Shown here piece after piece: positions 9,001 to 17,635 of a DNA stretch of 64,000 bases. Position 1 is the first letter of the stretch; every line of letters begins with the position of its first letter. This DNA comes from Coleofasciculus sp. B1-GNL1-01 (lineage in GTDB: Bacteria; Cyanobacteriota; Cyanobacteriia; Cyanobacteriales; Coleofasciculaceae). The position numbers and the translations under genes are program-made. The notes under the pieces are model-generated. The model had not been told where the DNA came from. It saw only the letters and a program-made list of their open reading frames with translations, and ran no database searches. The stretch is taken from the NCBI GenBank assembly GCA_040220235.1, contig JAVJTO010000049.1. One strand, given 5' to 3'.

Positions 9001-11514
9001 TTAATTAATCATCCCGTATCGGATATGATTGGCAGATGTATCTGGGAGGAATTTCCCGACGCCATGGGAACGAAATTTGAAACCATCTATCGCCAAGCAG
9101 CGCGAGACCAAAAACCAAAGGCGTTTGAGGAGTTGTATACACCGACAAATACCTGGTTTGAAGTGCGAGTCTATCCCTCAGAAGACGGGTTATCGGTCTA
9201 TTTTCGGGATATTAGCGATCGCAAAAAAGCAGAACTGGCGTTGCAAGAGAGTCAGCGATTCATCCAACGGATTGCGGATACGAATCCGAATGTGTTATAT
9301 ATTTATGATATCGCCGAACAACGTAATATCTATATTAACCGTTCCGTTGCTCAAGTGCTGGGTTATAGCCCGGAACAGATTCAGCAGATGGAATCGAAAC
9401 TGTTTGAATCGCTAATGCATCCCGATGACTTAGCCCACATTTTACGCCAGCATCAACGCTTTGATACGGCAAAAGATGGGGATATTATTGAATGTGAGTA
9501 TCGGATGCGCCATGCGGATGGTCAATGGCGTTGGTTATATAGTTGGGATACAATTTTTACGCGCACATCTGAGGGAAAACCGAAACAACTTCTAGGTACA
9601 GCGTCAGATATTACATCGCGCAAACAGGTAGAAGAAACCCTGCGCCAACAGGTGGAAAGGGAACGATTAATCAGTGCGATGTCTCGACGCATTCGCCAAT
9701 CCCTAAACTTGGAGACAATTCTGACAACGACGGTTGAAGAAGTCCAACAATTACTCATGGCTGACCGAGTATTAGTGTATCAGCTTTTTGAGGATAATCG
9801 AGGACGGGTAATTGCGGAAGGGGTAGCCTCAGGATTTCCCCAGTTATTGAATAGTATCTTTCCGGCGGAAGCCTTTCCGCCAACCTGTTATCAGAATTAT
9901 GTTCAGGGAAAAGTGTATACTTTAGCCGATCGCGATCGCGAAGATGTTCTACCCTGTATGGTAGACTTCATGCGGGAGTACGCAATCCGGGCAAAACTGG
10001 TTGTCCCGATTGTGCAACAGGATATCCTCTGGGGATTACTAATCGTCCACCAATGTTCCCATCCGCGAGAATGGCAAACCTGGGAGATTGAGTTACTGTT
10101 GTCGTTAGCCACCCAACTCGCGATCGCGATTAAACAGTCTCAATTATACGAGCAATTGCGCCACAATAATGATATCCTAGCGACAACGAATGCGGAACTC
10201 GCCCACGCCACTCGGTTAAAAGACGAGTTTCTGGCAAATATGAGTCATGAATTGCGAACGCCGCTGAATGCGATTCTGGGGTTATCGGAAAGCTTACAGG
10301 AAGAAGTCTATGGGGAGATTACCCAAAAGCAGCGCAAGTCTCTCGCTACGATTGAAAAAAGTGGTAGACATTTACTGGAGTTAATTAACGATATTCTCGA
10401 TTTAGCCAAGATTGAATCCGGGAAGTTGGAGTTAAACCTGACAGCCGTTAGGATTAGCCAACTGTGTGATGCGAGTTTATCTTTGATTAAACCCCTAGCC
10501 TTAGATAAAAACATTACGTTGACGGGAAATATTGCAGCAGGATTAGGCACGATTCTGGGTGATGAACGACGCTTACAGCAAGTCTTAATTAACTTATTAA
10601 GTAACGCGGTGAAGTTTACCCCAGAGGGGGGACGAGTTACGGTGGAAATTCGTAAGCAAGATGGGGGAGATGAGGAAGACAAGGAGGTAAACGCTACATT
10701 TAGTCAGGGCGGGTTTTGTTCAAACGTTACTATCAGTAGCGAAAAGAAAATCCCTAAACCCGCCCCTACCAACCATACCCTTGAGGGGGAGGAAGGGTTA
10801 ACATTCAACACTTCCCCCAATGAGATGCTTTATATCAGTGTCAGTGATACGGGAATTGGCATTGCTAAAGAACATCGGGAGAAACTGTTTCAGTCTTTCG
10901 TCCAAATTGATAGTAGTTTATCCCGGCGTCATCAGGGAACAGGATTAGGATTAGCGTTAGTAAGGCGGATTGTGGAATTACATGGGGGATGGGTAACTGT
11001 AGAAAGTGAAATTGGAAAAGGGAGTTGTTTTACTGTGAGACTTCCTTGGCGTTCTCATCCAGTGAATCATCCCGTTAATTGTCTAGAGGAAAAGGTGACG
11101 TTGGGGTGTAGTGTATCAAACATTGAAGACACAAGTTTACCGCGAACAACGCCTTTAATTTTATTGGCGGAAGACAACGAAGCCAACACCCAAACCTTAT
11201 CCGATTACTTACAGGGAATCGGCTATGAAATGATCATGGCAAAAGATGGCAAAGAAGCCGTACAACTCAGCCAACGGCGCAAGCCTGATTTGATTTTAAT
11301 GGATATTCAGATGCCAGAACTTGATGGGTTAAGCGCTACCCAACAAATTCGCGCCAATCCCCGCACCGCCACCATTCCAATTATTGCCATAACCGCATTG
11401 GCGATGTCAGGCGATCGCGAAAAATGTTTAGCCGCAGGTGTATCCTATTATATGACTAAACCTGTGAACTTGAAGAAACTAGCAACAATTATCAATGCCT
11501 TACTCAACGGATAA
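6004..11514 (+). CDS. Multi-sensor hybrid histidine kinase (CBS-GAF-PAS-GAF-HisKA-HATPase-REC)
   Basis: CBS pairs (GIFTERD, RHLPVVD), two GAFs, several PAS/PAC domains, FLANMSHELRTPLN, NLLSNAVKFT, DTGIG, GTGLGL and REC LILMDIQMP. Confidence 0.95.
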   Translation: MASAPHLPNQPWCFHCPQLDDILDRTPVTVTLDTPVVEVLARMSQVQGGFCSQDGEKTLESPENPLLSPSTSCVLVTQGTKLVGIFTERDVVRLTAQGRNLAGVSIRQVMSPPDYRLKSSEFRDVFSVLGILKQYQIRHLPVVDDQEQLLGLITLSTLRSVIEPSHLLKLRTVDEVMNRTVIQATVDTSVLKLAQLMARHRVSCVVICQADCSRKRENSKPLSLQERGLERGFPDPVKSKICQDFPEKNQQTPLGIVTERDIVQFQVLGVNLSGLQAQDVMSQPLFCLRSTDNLWHAHQEMQRRYVRRLVVTDDTGELLGIVTQTRLLHVLDPMEMYGVIDQLQQVIGQLEAEKIELLESRNTQLEELVQSRTEQLQKQAEREHILRSIAQRIRCFLKLPDIFQATVQEVRQLLHCDRVLVYQFAEDWSGEIVAESVGEFPSVLGSQIRDAYFQQTKGADYLNGRRQVAHNIYHQGLTPCHLELLEQFQVKAILTVPIIINEQLWGLLVAHHCAAPRQWEPQELDLLEQLSVQIAIAIQQANAFSQLQTELAERQKAEQLAKATQERLHYLLSASPTAIYSRQFIPPYQTTFISDNITALIGYTPAEILEQPDFWLNHIHPQDLPTVLTGFAQLFQQGYSIQEYRFKQKNGEYLWLQDDWKLIRNDQGIPQEIIGAWLDISHRVQAQEHAQTSEKLLELFYESAPVGLCITDEQWRLVRVNPAFCQLFAYPRDYLLGRSLTEFLDPHHSGEWQVRRHDGKFIDIQVTTGPIMQQGERCLRVTTVTDITERKKAEQAIQSMAGQLSTVIDTVGEGITLSNSQGKFRIFNHQMQQITGYTRQEANRCENFMAKLYPDPLLYQQMKQWQKSPSKKRKLRTFETTFYDKNGVQKTLLVSHSIIHQDNQLLFLSAYRDISDCKQAEESLKHLNEALEKRVQERTTALEQTVEQLHREIKERQQTELALQDSHRKINNILESITEGFFALDKDWRFTHFNSLLAPLINHPVSDMIGRCIWEEFPDAMGTKFETIYRQAARDQKPKAFEELYTPTNTWFEVRVYPSEDGLSVYFRDISDRKKAELALQESQRFIQRIADTNPNVLYIYDIAEQRNIYINRSVAQVLGYSPEQIQQMESKLFESLMHPDDLAHILRQHQRFDTAKDGDIIECEYRMRHADGQWRWLYSWDTIFTRTSEGKPKQLLGTASDITSRKQVEETLRQQVERERLISAMSRRIRQSLNLETILTTTVEEVQQLLMADRVLVYQLFEDNRGRVIAEGVASGFPQLLNSIFPAEAFPPTCYQNYVQGKVYTLADRDREDVLPCMVDFMREYAIRAKLVVPIVQQDILWGLLIVHQCSHPREWQTWEIELLLSLATQLAIAIKQSQLYEQLRHNNDILATTNAELAHATRLKDEFLANMSHELRTPLNAILGLSESLQEEVYGEITQKQRKSLATIEKSGRHLLELINDILDLAKIESGKLELNLTAVRISQLCDASLSLIKPLALDKNITLTGNIAAGLGTILGDERRLQQVLINLLSNAVKFTPEGGRVTVEIRKQDGGDEEDKEVNATFSQGGFCSNVTISSEKKIPKPAPTNHTLEGEEGLTFNTSPNEMLYISVSDTGIGIAKEHREKLFQSFVQIDSSLSRRHQGTGLGLALVRRIVELHGGWVTVESEIGKGSCFTVRLPWRSHPVNHPVNCLEEKVTLGCSVSNIEDTSLPRTTPLILLAEDNEANTQTLSDYLQGIGYEMIMAKDGKEAVQLSQRRKPDLILMDIQMPELDGLSATQQIRANPRTATIPIIAITALAMSGDREKCLAAGVSYYMTKPVNLKKLATIINALLNG

Positions 11515-11612
11515 GCTGTAATGCATTTAAATTGGGTATTAGTAGCGAGCAAGATGCTCGCACTACAAGGATCTCGCAATTCTTGACATTATGGTTTAAA
11601 TACCGAACAGCT
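11514..11612 (+). mobile_element. TA-flanked MITE-like repeat (AGCTGT...ACAGCT), copy 1
   Basis: Terminal inverted repeats flanked by TA; near-identical copies at 11973-12099, ~28982-29129 and (inverted, truncated) 50911-50993. Confidence 0.75.
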
Positions 11613-11972
11613 TAAGCTTATATAAACGATGAATCATGAAATGTTCCATCCTACATTATCAAACCGTAGCGTTAGCGAAGTAACGCACCATTTAACTTTT
11701 GATCCCCCTAAATCCCCCTTCAAAAGGGGGACTTTGATTGAGATTAAGTATTGTAGGTTGGGTTGACGCAAGGAAACCCAACAAAATCTAATGCTAAGGT
11801 TCATCTAAGTAGTCGGACAAAAGAGAACGGTACTGTATTTAGTTTTGTCAGCCGCTTTTAAACCCTTACTGTTCCCTGTTCCCTAATCTCAACCGTTAAG
11901 TTTAATTATGTCCACCTACTTACTACAAATTTTATGGCGAACTTAATCCGGCTTGCAGTTAATTGGATTATA

Positions 11973-12099
11973 AGCTGTCATGCATTTAAATTGGGGATGG
12001 GTAGCGAGCAAGATGCAAAGCCTGCGGCATGGCTTCGCTAAACGCACTACGGCAAGGATTTCGCCATTATTGACATTAAGGTTTAAATGCCGAACAGCT
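11973..12099 (+). mobile_element. TA-flanked MITE-like repeat, copy 2 with a nested short insertion
   Basis: Same element as 11514-11612 with AAAGCCTGCGGCATGGCTTCGCTAAAC inside the internal hairpin. Confidence 0.75.
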
Positions 12100-12451
12100 T
12101 AGGCTAAGGTTCCCCTACTACGAACGAACACAATACTACCCCTCCTCCCGCGCTTGCTGAAGTAAACAATAAATCGCTAAACCCGCCGCCGCAATTCCTA
12201 CAAAAGCAGAATAGGTGTACAGAGTAACGACAAATGTACTCACTTCCAAGGTTTTTAGCAAAAGTTCAGAATGCTTCCTGTTCATCACAATCGGGTTGAA
12301 TTCTTTACTCTTCTATCAAACACCCCCGAATCCCAGGTTTAATCCCAATCCCAACCCACTGGTTAACCACTTTCTCCCAAGTTAGTCCCAACTTAGTCCC
12401 AGAGAGGATTATTGCTATTGATATACTGAGAAAAAGATTGTGCGATCGCGC

Positions 12452-15424
12452 ATGTCCAGAGGTACAAAAGTTCATCCCGACTATATCCCCAAGCTGAAAC
12501 AAGCACTCAGGCGCAATGGCTTCCCGCGTCAGATTGACTTAGCCGAAGCCGTAGACGTATCGAAAAACACCGCATGGAACTTTCTCAACGGTAAACCCGT
12601 TGACCACTTAAACTTTCTCGAACTCTGTAATAAACTTGGCTATGATTGGCGAGAGGTTGCCGATTTGGGGGAAAATCCCGAAACCCAAAACGCGCCAAAT
12701 GTCAATCCCGATTCCCCATCTACCCCATCTCCTGTAGGGGCGGGTTTAGACGCTACCTCAACACCATCAACCGCCAACGCCTCAACAAAACCCGCCCTCA
12801 CCACCGCAACCACACCAACAAAACCCACATTTAACCCACCATCCCCAAATAACGTAGGGGCGGGTTTAGACGCTACCTCAACCACATCAACCTCCAACGC
12901 CTCAACAAAACCCGCCCTCACCACCGCAACCAACCCAAAACCCACATTCAACCCGCCATCCCCAAATAATGTCGGGGCGGGTTTAGACGCTACCTCAACA
13001 CCATCAACCCCTAACGCCTCAACAAAACCCGCCCTCACCACCGCAACCAACCCAACAAAACCCACATTCAACCCGCCATCCCCAAATAACGTAGGGGCGG
13101 GTTTAGACGCTAACTCAATAACATCAACCCCTAACGCCCCAACAAAACCCGCCCTCACCCCTCCCAAAACCCGACTAATTACCAATCAAGGATTCCCCAC
13201 AATCCCCGTTTGGCAAGGGCGCGATGAACTTCTCACCCGATTAACCGCCAAACTCCGCCAACCGAATACTCCCTTAAAAGTATTAGCATTAATCGGACAA
13301 GGCGGAATCGGCAAAACCAGTTTAGCGGTGAAACTACTGGAAACATTAGGAATTGAATTATCCAGCCGCACTCCAGTCACCAATTGTCCCTATCCCTTGG
13401 TGATATATTTTCAGGTACAACCGGGAACCAGTTTTGATGACATCACCGAATTTCTGTTACGGGATGGATTCGGGATTGAGACAAGGGAATCGTTACAGCA
13501 TAGCGAAGAAAAGATTGCCAAAATTATTCAGGGATTCGCCCAACAACCCTGTTTATTCCTACTGGATAACCTAGAAACTATCTTACATCCCGCCAACCAT
13601 CCCCAAGCCAGACAAGCCATGTCCCCAGAGTGGGGTCAATTCCTCAACGCTTTAGTCTATCAACAGCATCAATGCCAAACCATTATAACCAGTCGAGACA
13701 TCCCGGCTGATTTCACTGATCCGCGTTATGACAATGCAGAACCGGATTCAGAATTAGTGCATATCGAAACAGTGACGGGTGTGGCGACAAAGGCGGGAGT
13801 AGAAATTCTGCGCCAGCGTCATTTACGGGATAAAATAGCGGATTTGCAGTGGGTGTCAGCAAAAGTTGAGGGACATGTTTTTCTATTAACCCAACTGGCG
13901 GCGGTAGGAAAAGGGAAACCGGGATATCTACGGAAGCATCCGGAGTTGGTGACGAAAAAGGCTGAACCGATTCTGCGAGAACAATTGATGCGACAAAATG
14001 AAGCAGCGCGAGATTTACTGCGTCGAATGTGTGTGTTGCGGGTGGGGATTGATTGTCAGGGGTTAACCTTTTTGCGGTTATATCAAGATAATGATTCCCG
14101 GTTCGAGAAGGCTGTACGAATGGCAGAATCGGTGAACTTTACTGAGGAGGAGATTGGCAAAACTGAGGCGATTATTGGGCAATTAGTGGATAGTAGTTTA
14201 GTTCAGAGTCGCTATGATGAGGAGAACTGTGAAGTCTTGTATGATTTACATCGGGTGATTGTTGAGTTTCTGCAAGTAGACTATAAACATGAACTGCCCA
14301 AGCTATGGAAAATCGCCTATAACTTCTATTCCCTTGTCAAAAAGCCAGATAATCCTCAAACAATAGAAGATTTACGTCCTGTCCTAGAGTATCAACATTT
14401 CGCTTTCAAGCTAGGAAACTACAGTGAAGCCTACAAGATACTCGATAATCACCTCAAAAAACACCTGAGACGGTGGGGGTATTGGGATTTGTTTAAAAAC
14501 TTATATGAACAGTTACAGCCTCATGTTGATGAAGATACAAAAGCCTACTGCTTGATGGGGATAGGAGAAATGTATCGCGATTATGGCAAGCTTGATCAAG
14601 CCCAAATATATTTACAGGATGCTTTATCTATTTCTCAAAAGCAACAGAATAAAAGTAATATTGCTAAATCATTAAGTATGTTAGGAGATCTTGAATGTCT
14701 TCGGTATAATTCGGAAGAAGCAGAGCGTCTTTATCAAAACAGCTTAGAGATATATAGAGAATTAGGTGATCAACAAGGTAAAGCAATTTCCTATGGTCAG
14801 TTAGGAAACATCCATAAAAACCGAAGTAACTGGGAGCAAGCAGAGCAACTGTATCGACAGTATTTGCAAATCATGGAAGAGTTGGATCAGTGTGATGAAA
14901 TAGCAACGGGTTACGGTTGTTTGGCAGATATCGAGAGCAATCGTGGCAATTTAAATGAAGCCGTTCGCCTGTATCAGCAATCGTTGAAATTAAGGATACA
15001 ATCAAATAATAAACTGGGAATAGCCGAGTCTTTTGGCTGTATGGGACATATACAACGTGCTTATGGCAACTATGATGAAGCCGAACAACTTTATCAGCAA
15101 GCACTCCAAATAATGACGGGATTAGGCAAGGGCGATGGTATTGCGTTAGGAATTTATTGTCTTGGAGCAAATGAACTGGCAAAAGGAAATTTGCCGAAAG
15201 CAGAATCACTATTAAAAGACGCTTTAACCAAAATGGAAAAATTGGAAAGAAAACATTATATTGCCAGGGTCAACTATGAGTTAGCAAAACTTGAACGTCA
15301 ACGCAGTAAGATTGACATTGCCAAAAACTATTACAACACAGCCCATAAACTCTTTGAGCAATTAGGAGCAGGAGCAGTTCAAGATTTGGATGAAATGGAG
15401 CGGGAGTGGTTTAATCTTCTCTAG
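12452..15424 (+). CDS. HTH + P-loop NTPase (STAND/NB-ARC-like) + TPR protein
   Basis: N-terminal Xre-like HTH, Walker A GQGGIGKT, Walker B FLLDNLE, IITSR and C-terminal TPRs; ATG at 12452. Confidence 0.9.
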   Translation: MSRGTKVHPDYIPKLKQALRRNGFPRQIDLAEAVDVSKNTAWNFLNGKPVDHLNFLELCNKLGYDWREVADLGENPETQNAPNVNPDSPSTPSPVGAGLDATSTPSTANASTKPALTTATTPTKPTFNPPSPNNVGAGLDATSTTSTSNASTKPALTTATNPKPTFNPPSPNNVGAGLDATSTPSTPNASTKPALTTATNPTKPTFNPPSPNNVGAGLDANSITSTPNAPTKPALTPPKTRLITNQGFPTIPVWQGRDELLTRLTAKLRQPNTPLKVLALIGQGGIGKTSLAVKLLETLGIELSSRTPVTNCPYPLVIYFQVQPGTSFDDITEFLLRDGFGIETRESLQHSEEKIAKIIQGFAQQPCLFLLDNLETILHPANHPQARQAMSPEWGQFLNALVYQQHQCQTIITSRDIPADFTDPRYDNAEPDSELVHIETVTGVATKAGVEILRQRHLRDKIADLQWVSAKVEGHVFLLTQLAAVGKGKPGYLRKHPELVTKKAEPILREQLMRQNEAARDLLRRMCVLRVGIDCQGLTFLRLYQDNDSRFEKAVRMAESVNFTEEEIGKTEAIIGQLVDSSLVQSRYDEENCEVLYDLHRVIVEFLQVDYKHELPKLWKIAYNFYSLVKKPDNPQTIEDLRPVLEYQHFAFKLGNYSEAYKILDNHLKKHLRRWGYWDLFKNLYEQLQPHVDEDTKAYCLMGIGEMYRDYGKLDQAQIYLQDALSISQKQQNKSNIAKSLSMLGDLECLRYNSEEAERLYQNSLEIYRELGDQQGKAISYGQLGNIHKNRSNWEQAEQLYRQYLQIMEELDQCDEIATGYGCLADIESNRGNLNEAVRLYQQSLKLRIQSNNKLGIAESFGCMGHIQRAYGNYDEAEQLYQQALQIMTGLGKGDGIALGIYCLGANELAKGNLPKAESLLKDALTKMEKLERKHYIARVNYELAKLERQRSKIDIAKNYYNTAHKLFEQLGAGAVQDLDEMEREWFNLL
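12734..13160 (+). repeat. In-frame tandem repeat, ~3.5 units of 117-120 nt
   Basis: Units start at 12734, 12854, 12971 and 13091; each begins GT(A/C)GGGGCGGGTTTAGACGC and contains AAAACCCGCCC. Confidence 0.95.
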
Positions 15425-15970
15425 CTTAAGCCCTGAACGAAAGGACTCTACTTTTCGAGAACCGCTATCGCGCAAGCGTCATGCGAACGGGTTGAAAGAC
15501 TTGAATGTAGTAAGCTTTAGCTTACTTTAGCTTTAAGCCGGAAATTTATTTCCCGGCTATACTTCGGTTAGGGCGCACGTCTATGCGCCCCTACGGGATT
15601 GTGATAGTGTTTTCCTCATCAACGGGATGCGATCGCGCTGAAGCGCAACGACGAACGGTGCGATCGCATTCTCCCCAAAATTGTCTTCTTCCATAATCAC
15701 TGCCTGACAACGGTTTTGAATCATCCTATCTAATGGCGCGATCGCTTTCCCCTAAGCTATTTTAAACTCAATGGGGTAAGCTTGATTTCAGATAGCCCAA
15801 AGCTTGCTTTGACCATACGGAGTTGTTTTATTCACTGCTGCTACTGTAGTCTATCAACTTGAAAACCGCTGTAATTTGATAGATTAGGCGTGACTTGTAG
15901 TAGGGAACATTAGCCCTATATTCTGTTGGGTTTCCTGTCGTCAACCCAACCTACAATCTATTCCAAAATT

Positions 15971-16552
15971 TTAGCTGTGCCACACAAATTGTAAATCTAA
16001 AATAAAGCCAGGTAAAACATCTTCTCCCGATAACTGTGCTGGATTTTCCAGTATTTCTACCGTTTGTCCCTGGCGATAAATTTCAACCCGGCGAGTGGGT
16101 CGATAGAGTAACCAGCCCAGTCTGACCTGATTATCCATATATTCCTGCATTTTATCTTGGGTGTCTTTTAACGTATCGCTGGGTGACATTAACTCCAAAA
16201 CAAAATCTGGGGCAATGGGGGGGAATTTTTCTTTCTGTTCCTCTGTCAACGCATCCCATCGTTCTCGTTGAATCCAAGCCACATCGGGAGAACGGTTTGC
16301 CCCATTGGGTAAGTGAAAACAGGTGGAAGAATCAAAGACTTCTCCCAGGTTCGTTTGTTCATTCCACAAACAAAATCGAGTGGTTAGCTTGGCATTGCGT
16401 TTTCCCGTTTCTCCACCTGTGGGGGACACGATGATTAATTCTCCTTTGGCATTGCGTTCAAATTTTACATCGGGATTGACTCGACACAGATGATAAAATT
16501 GGTCTTGATTCAGGTGAACAATTGGATTGAGGTTAATCGTAACGGCTGTCAT
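15971..16552 (-). CDS. Uma2-family (DUF820) endonuclease-like protein
   Basis: ERNAKGELI, RSPDVAW, APDFVLEL.SPSD and LSGEDVLPGF. Confidence 0.9.
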   Translation of the reverse strand: MTAVTINLNPIVHLNQDQFYHLCRVNPDVKFERNAKGELIIVSPTGGETGKRNAKLTTRFCLWNEQTNLGEVFDSSTCFHLPNGANRSPDVAWIQRERWDALTEEQKEKFPPIAPDFVLELMSPSDTLKDTQDKMQEYMDNQVRLGWLLYRPTRRVEIYRQGQTVEILENPAQLSGEDVLPGFILDLQFVWHS

Positions 16553-16710
16553 AATAAGACATAAAAGAATTGATCAAGCGAAAGAATAGTTGAGGCGATC
16601 GCGAGATTTCCCAGGAATCCGATCAAATCCGCTTCCTTCTGCATAGAGTAAAGACCGCAGAACCTCCAGGGGAGCATTCCCTTTTCAGACTTTTCAGAGC
16701 CTGGAAGTGG

Positions 16711-17568
16711 CTAAACAGGTTCCCAACATTCGCTCCGCAGTAAGCGAATTTGGGCTAATGCTAAGATAGTGGGAATAATCCGACCGTAATTTGTCGCGAT
16801 CGCACGCCAGCCTAAGTCGGCGAAGAAATAGCCCCACAATACTGGTCCAACGAAAGCAAATAAAGTGCGAGTTGCCCCATAACGTGCTGCATTCGCAGCC
16901 ATTCCCCGCTTCGCGGTTTGCAGCACCAGGTAATTCTGAAACTGAGTCGCCGCTGCTGCACCTCCCTGAACCGCTGCTTGTTTTGCCACTTGATAACGGG
17001 CAAAATGGATGGCAAACTGACGCGCCACCTGTTTGAGAATAATCGGCTTGACAATCGAAGACACCGCTAACGCCGAACCCCCCTTAATCAACAAATCCAT
17101 GGGATTGTGCTGGATATGCGCTGGTAACGGTTGGGATTGATTCGACTGGGCTAATGAGCGCTGTACCCGCACAGTAAGCGATTTTTGTTCGGCTGGGGGT
17201 AATTTTTTCCAGGCGCGACTCATCAGGTTAAGAAATATTTCTGCTTCCAGATCCGTGGTGGATAGTTTTTTAGAATAAGGAATCTTCAGATAACGGCAAA
17301 CCTGAATCAGCGCTTGTCGGTACGTGAAGTCATTCGTGCGCCCCTTAAGCACAGTCATCCCATCAGCAGCTAAAAAGCGAAACCGTTGCTCTAGAGTATC
17401 CAACCACACCTGCCGATCTTGACTTTGAACGTCGATGGGTTCAGGGGTTTGCAGATAGTCTAGGGGATTAAACTGACGACGGAACAAAATTTGTGTCAGT
17501 TGTTGTAATTCGTCTTCCGTTGCCAGTTCTAAGGCGCTTCTGAGTTCATCCAATGGTATTCCCTCCAA
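16711..17568 (-). CDS. YaaW-family protein
   Basis: LELATEDEL, RFRFLAADG and NYGRIIP..LAQIR; the true start is likely the TTG before DELRSALE. Confidence 0.8.
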   Translation of the reverse strand: MEGIPLDELRSALELATEDELQQLTQILFRRQFNPLDYLQTPEPIDVQSQDRQVWLDTLEQRFRFLAADGMTVLKGRTNDFTYRQALIQVCRYLKIPYSKKLSTTDLEAEIFLNLMSRAWKKLPPAEQKSLTVRVQRSLAQSNQSQPLPAHIQHNPMDLLIKGGSALAVSSIVKPIILKQVARQFAIHFARYQVAKQAAVQGGAAAATQFQNYLVLQTAKRGMAANAARYGATRTLFAFVGPVLWGYFFADLGWRAIATNYGRIIPTILALAQIRLLRSECWEPV

Positions 17569-17635
17569 CCCCTAAGCCACTACTGTTCTCTATTCTACCT
17601 GTATACTTAGCATCAACCGGACAGGAGAATCTGTA

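Noticed and set aside
12734..13160. Possible CRISPR array, or a real antisense ORF at 12640-13185
   Set aside because: Whole 117-120-nt units are repeated in frame inside a CDS; the antisense ORF is open only because the repeat lacks stop codons
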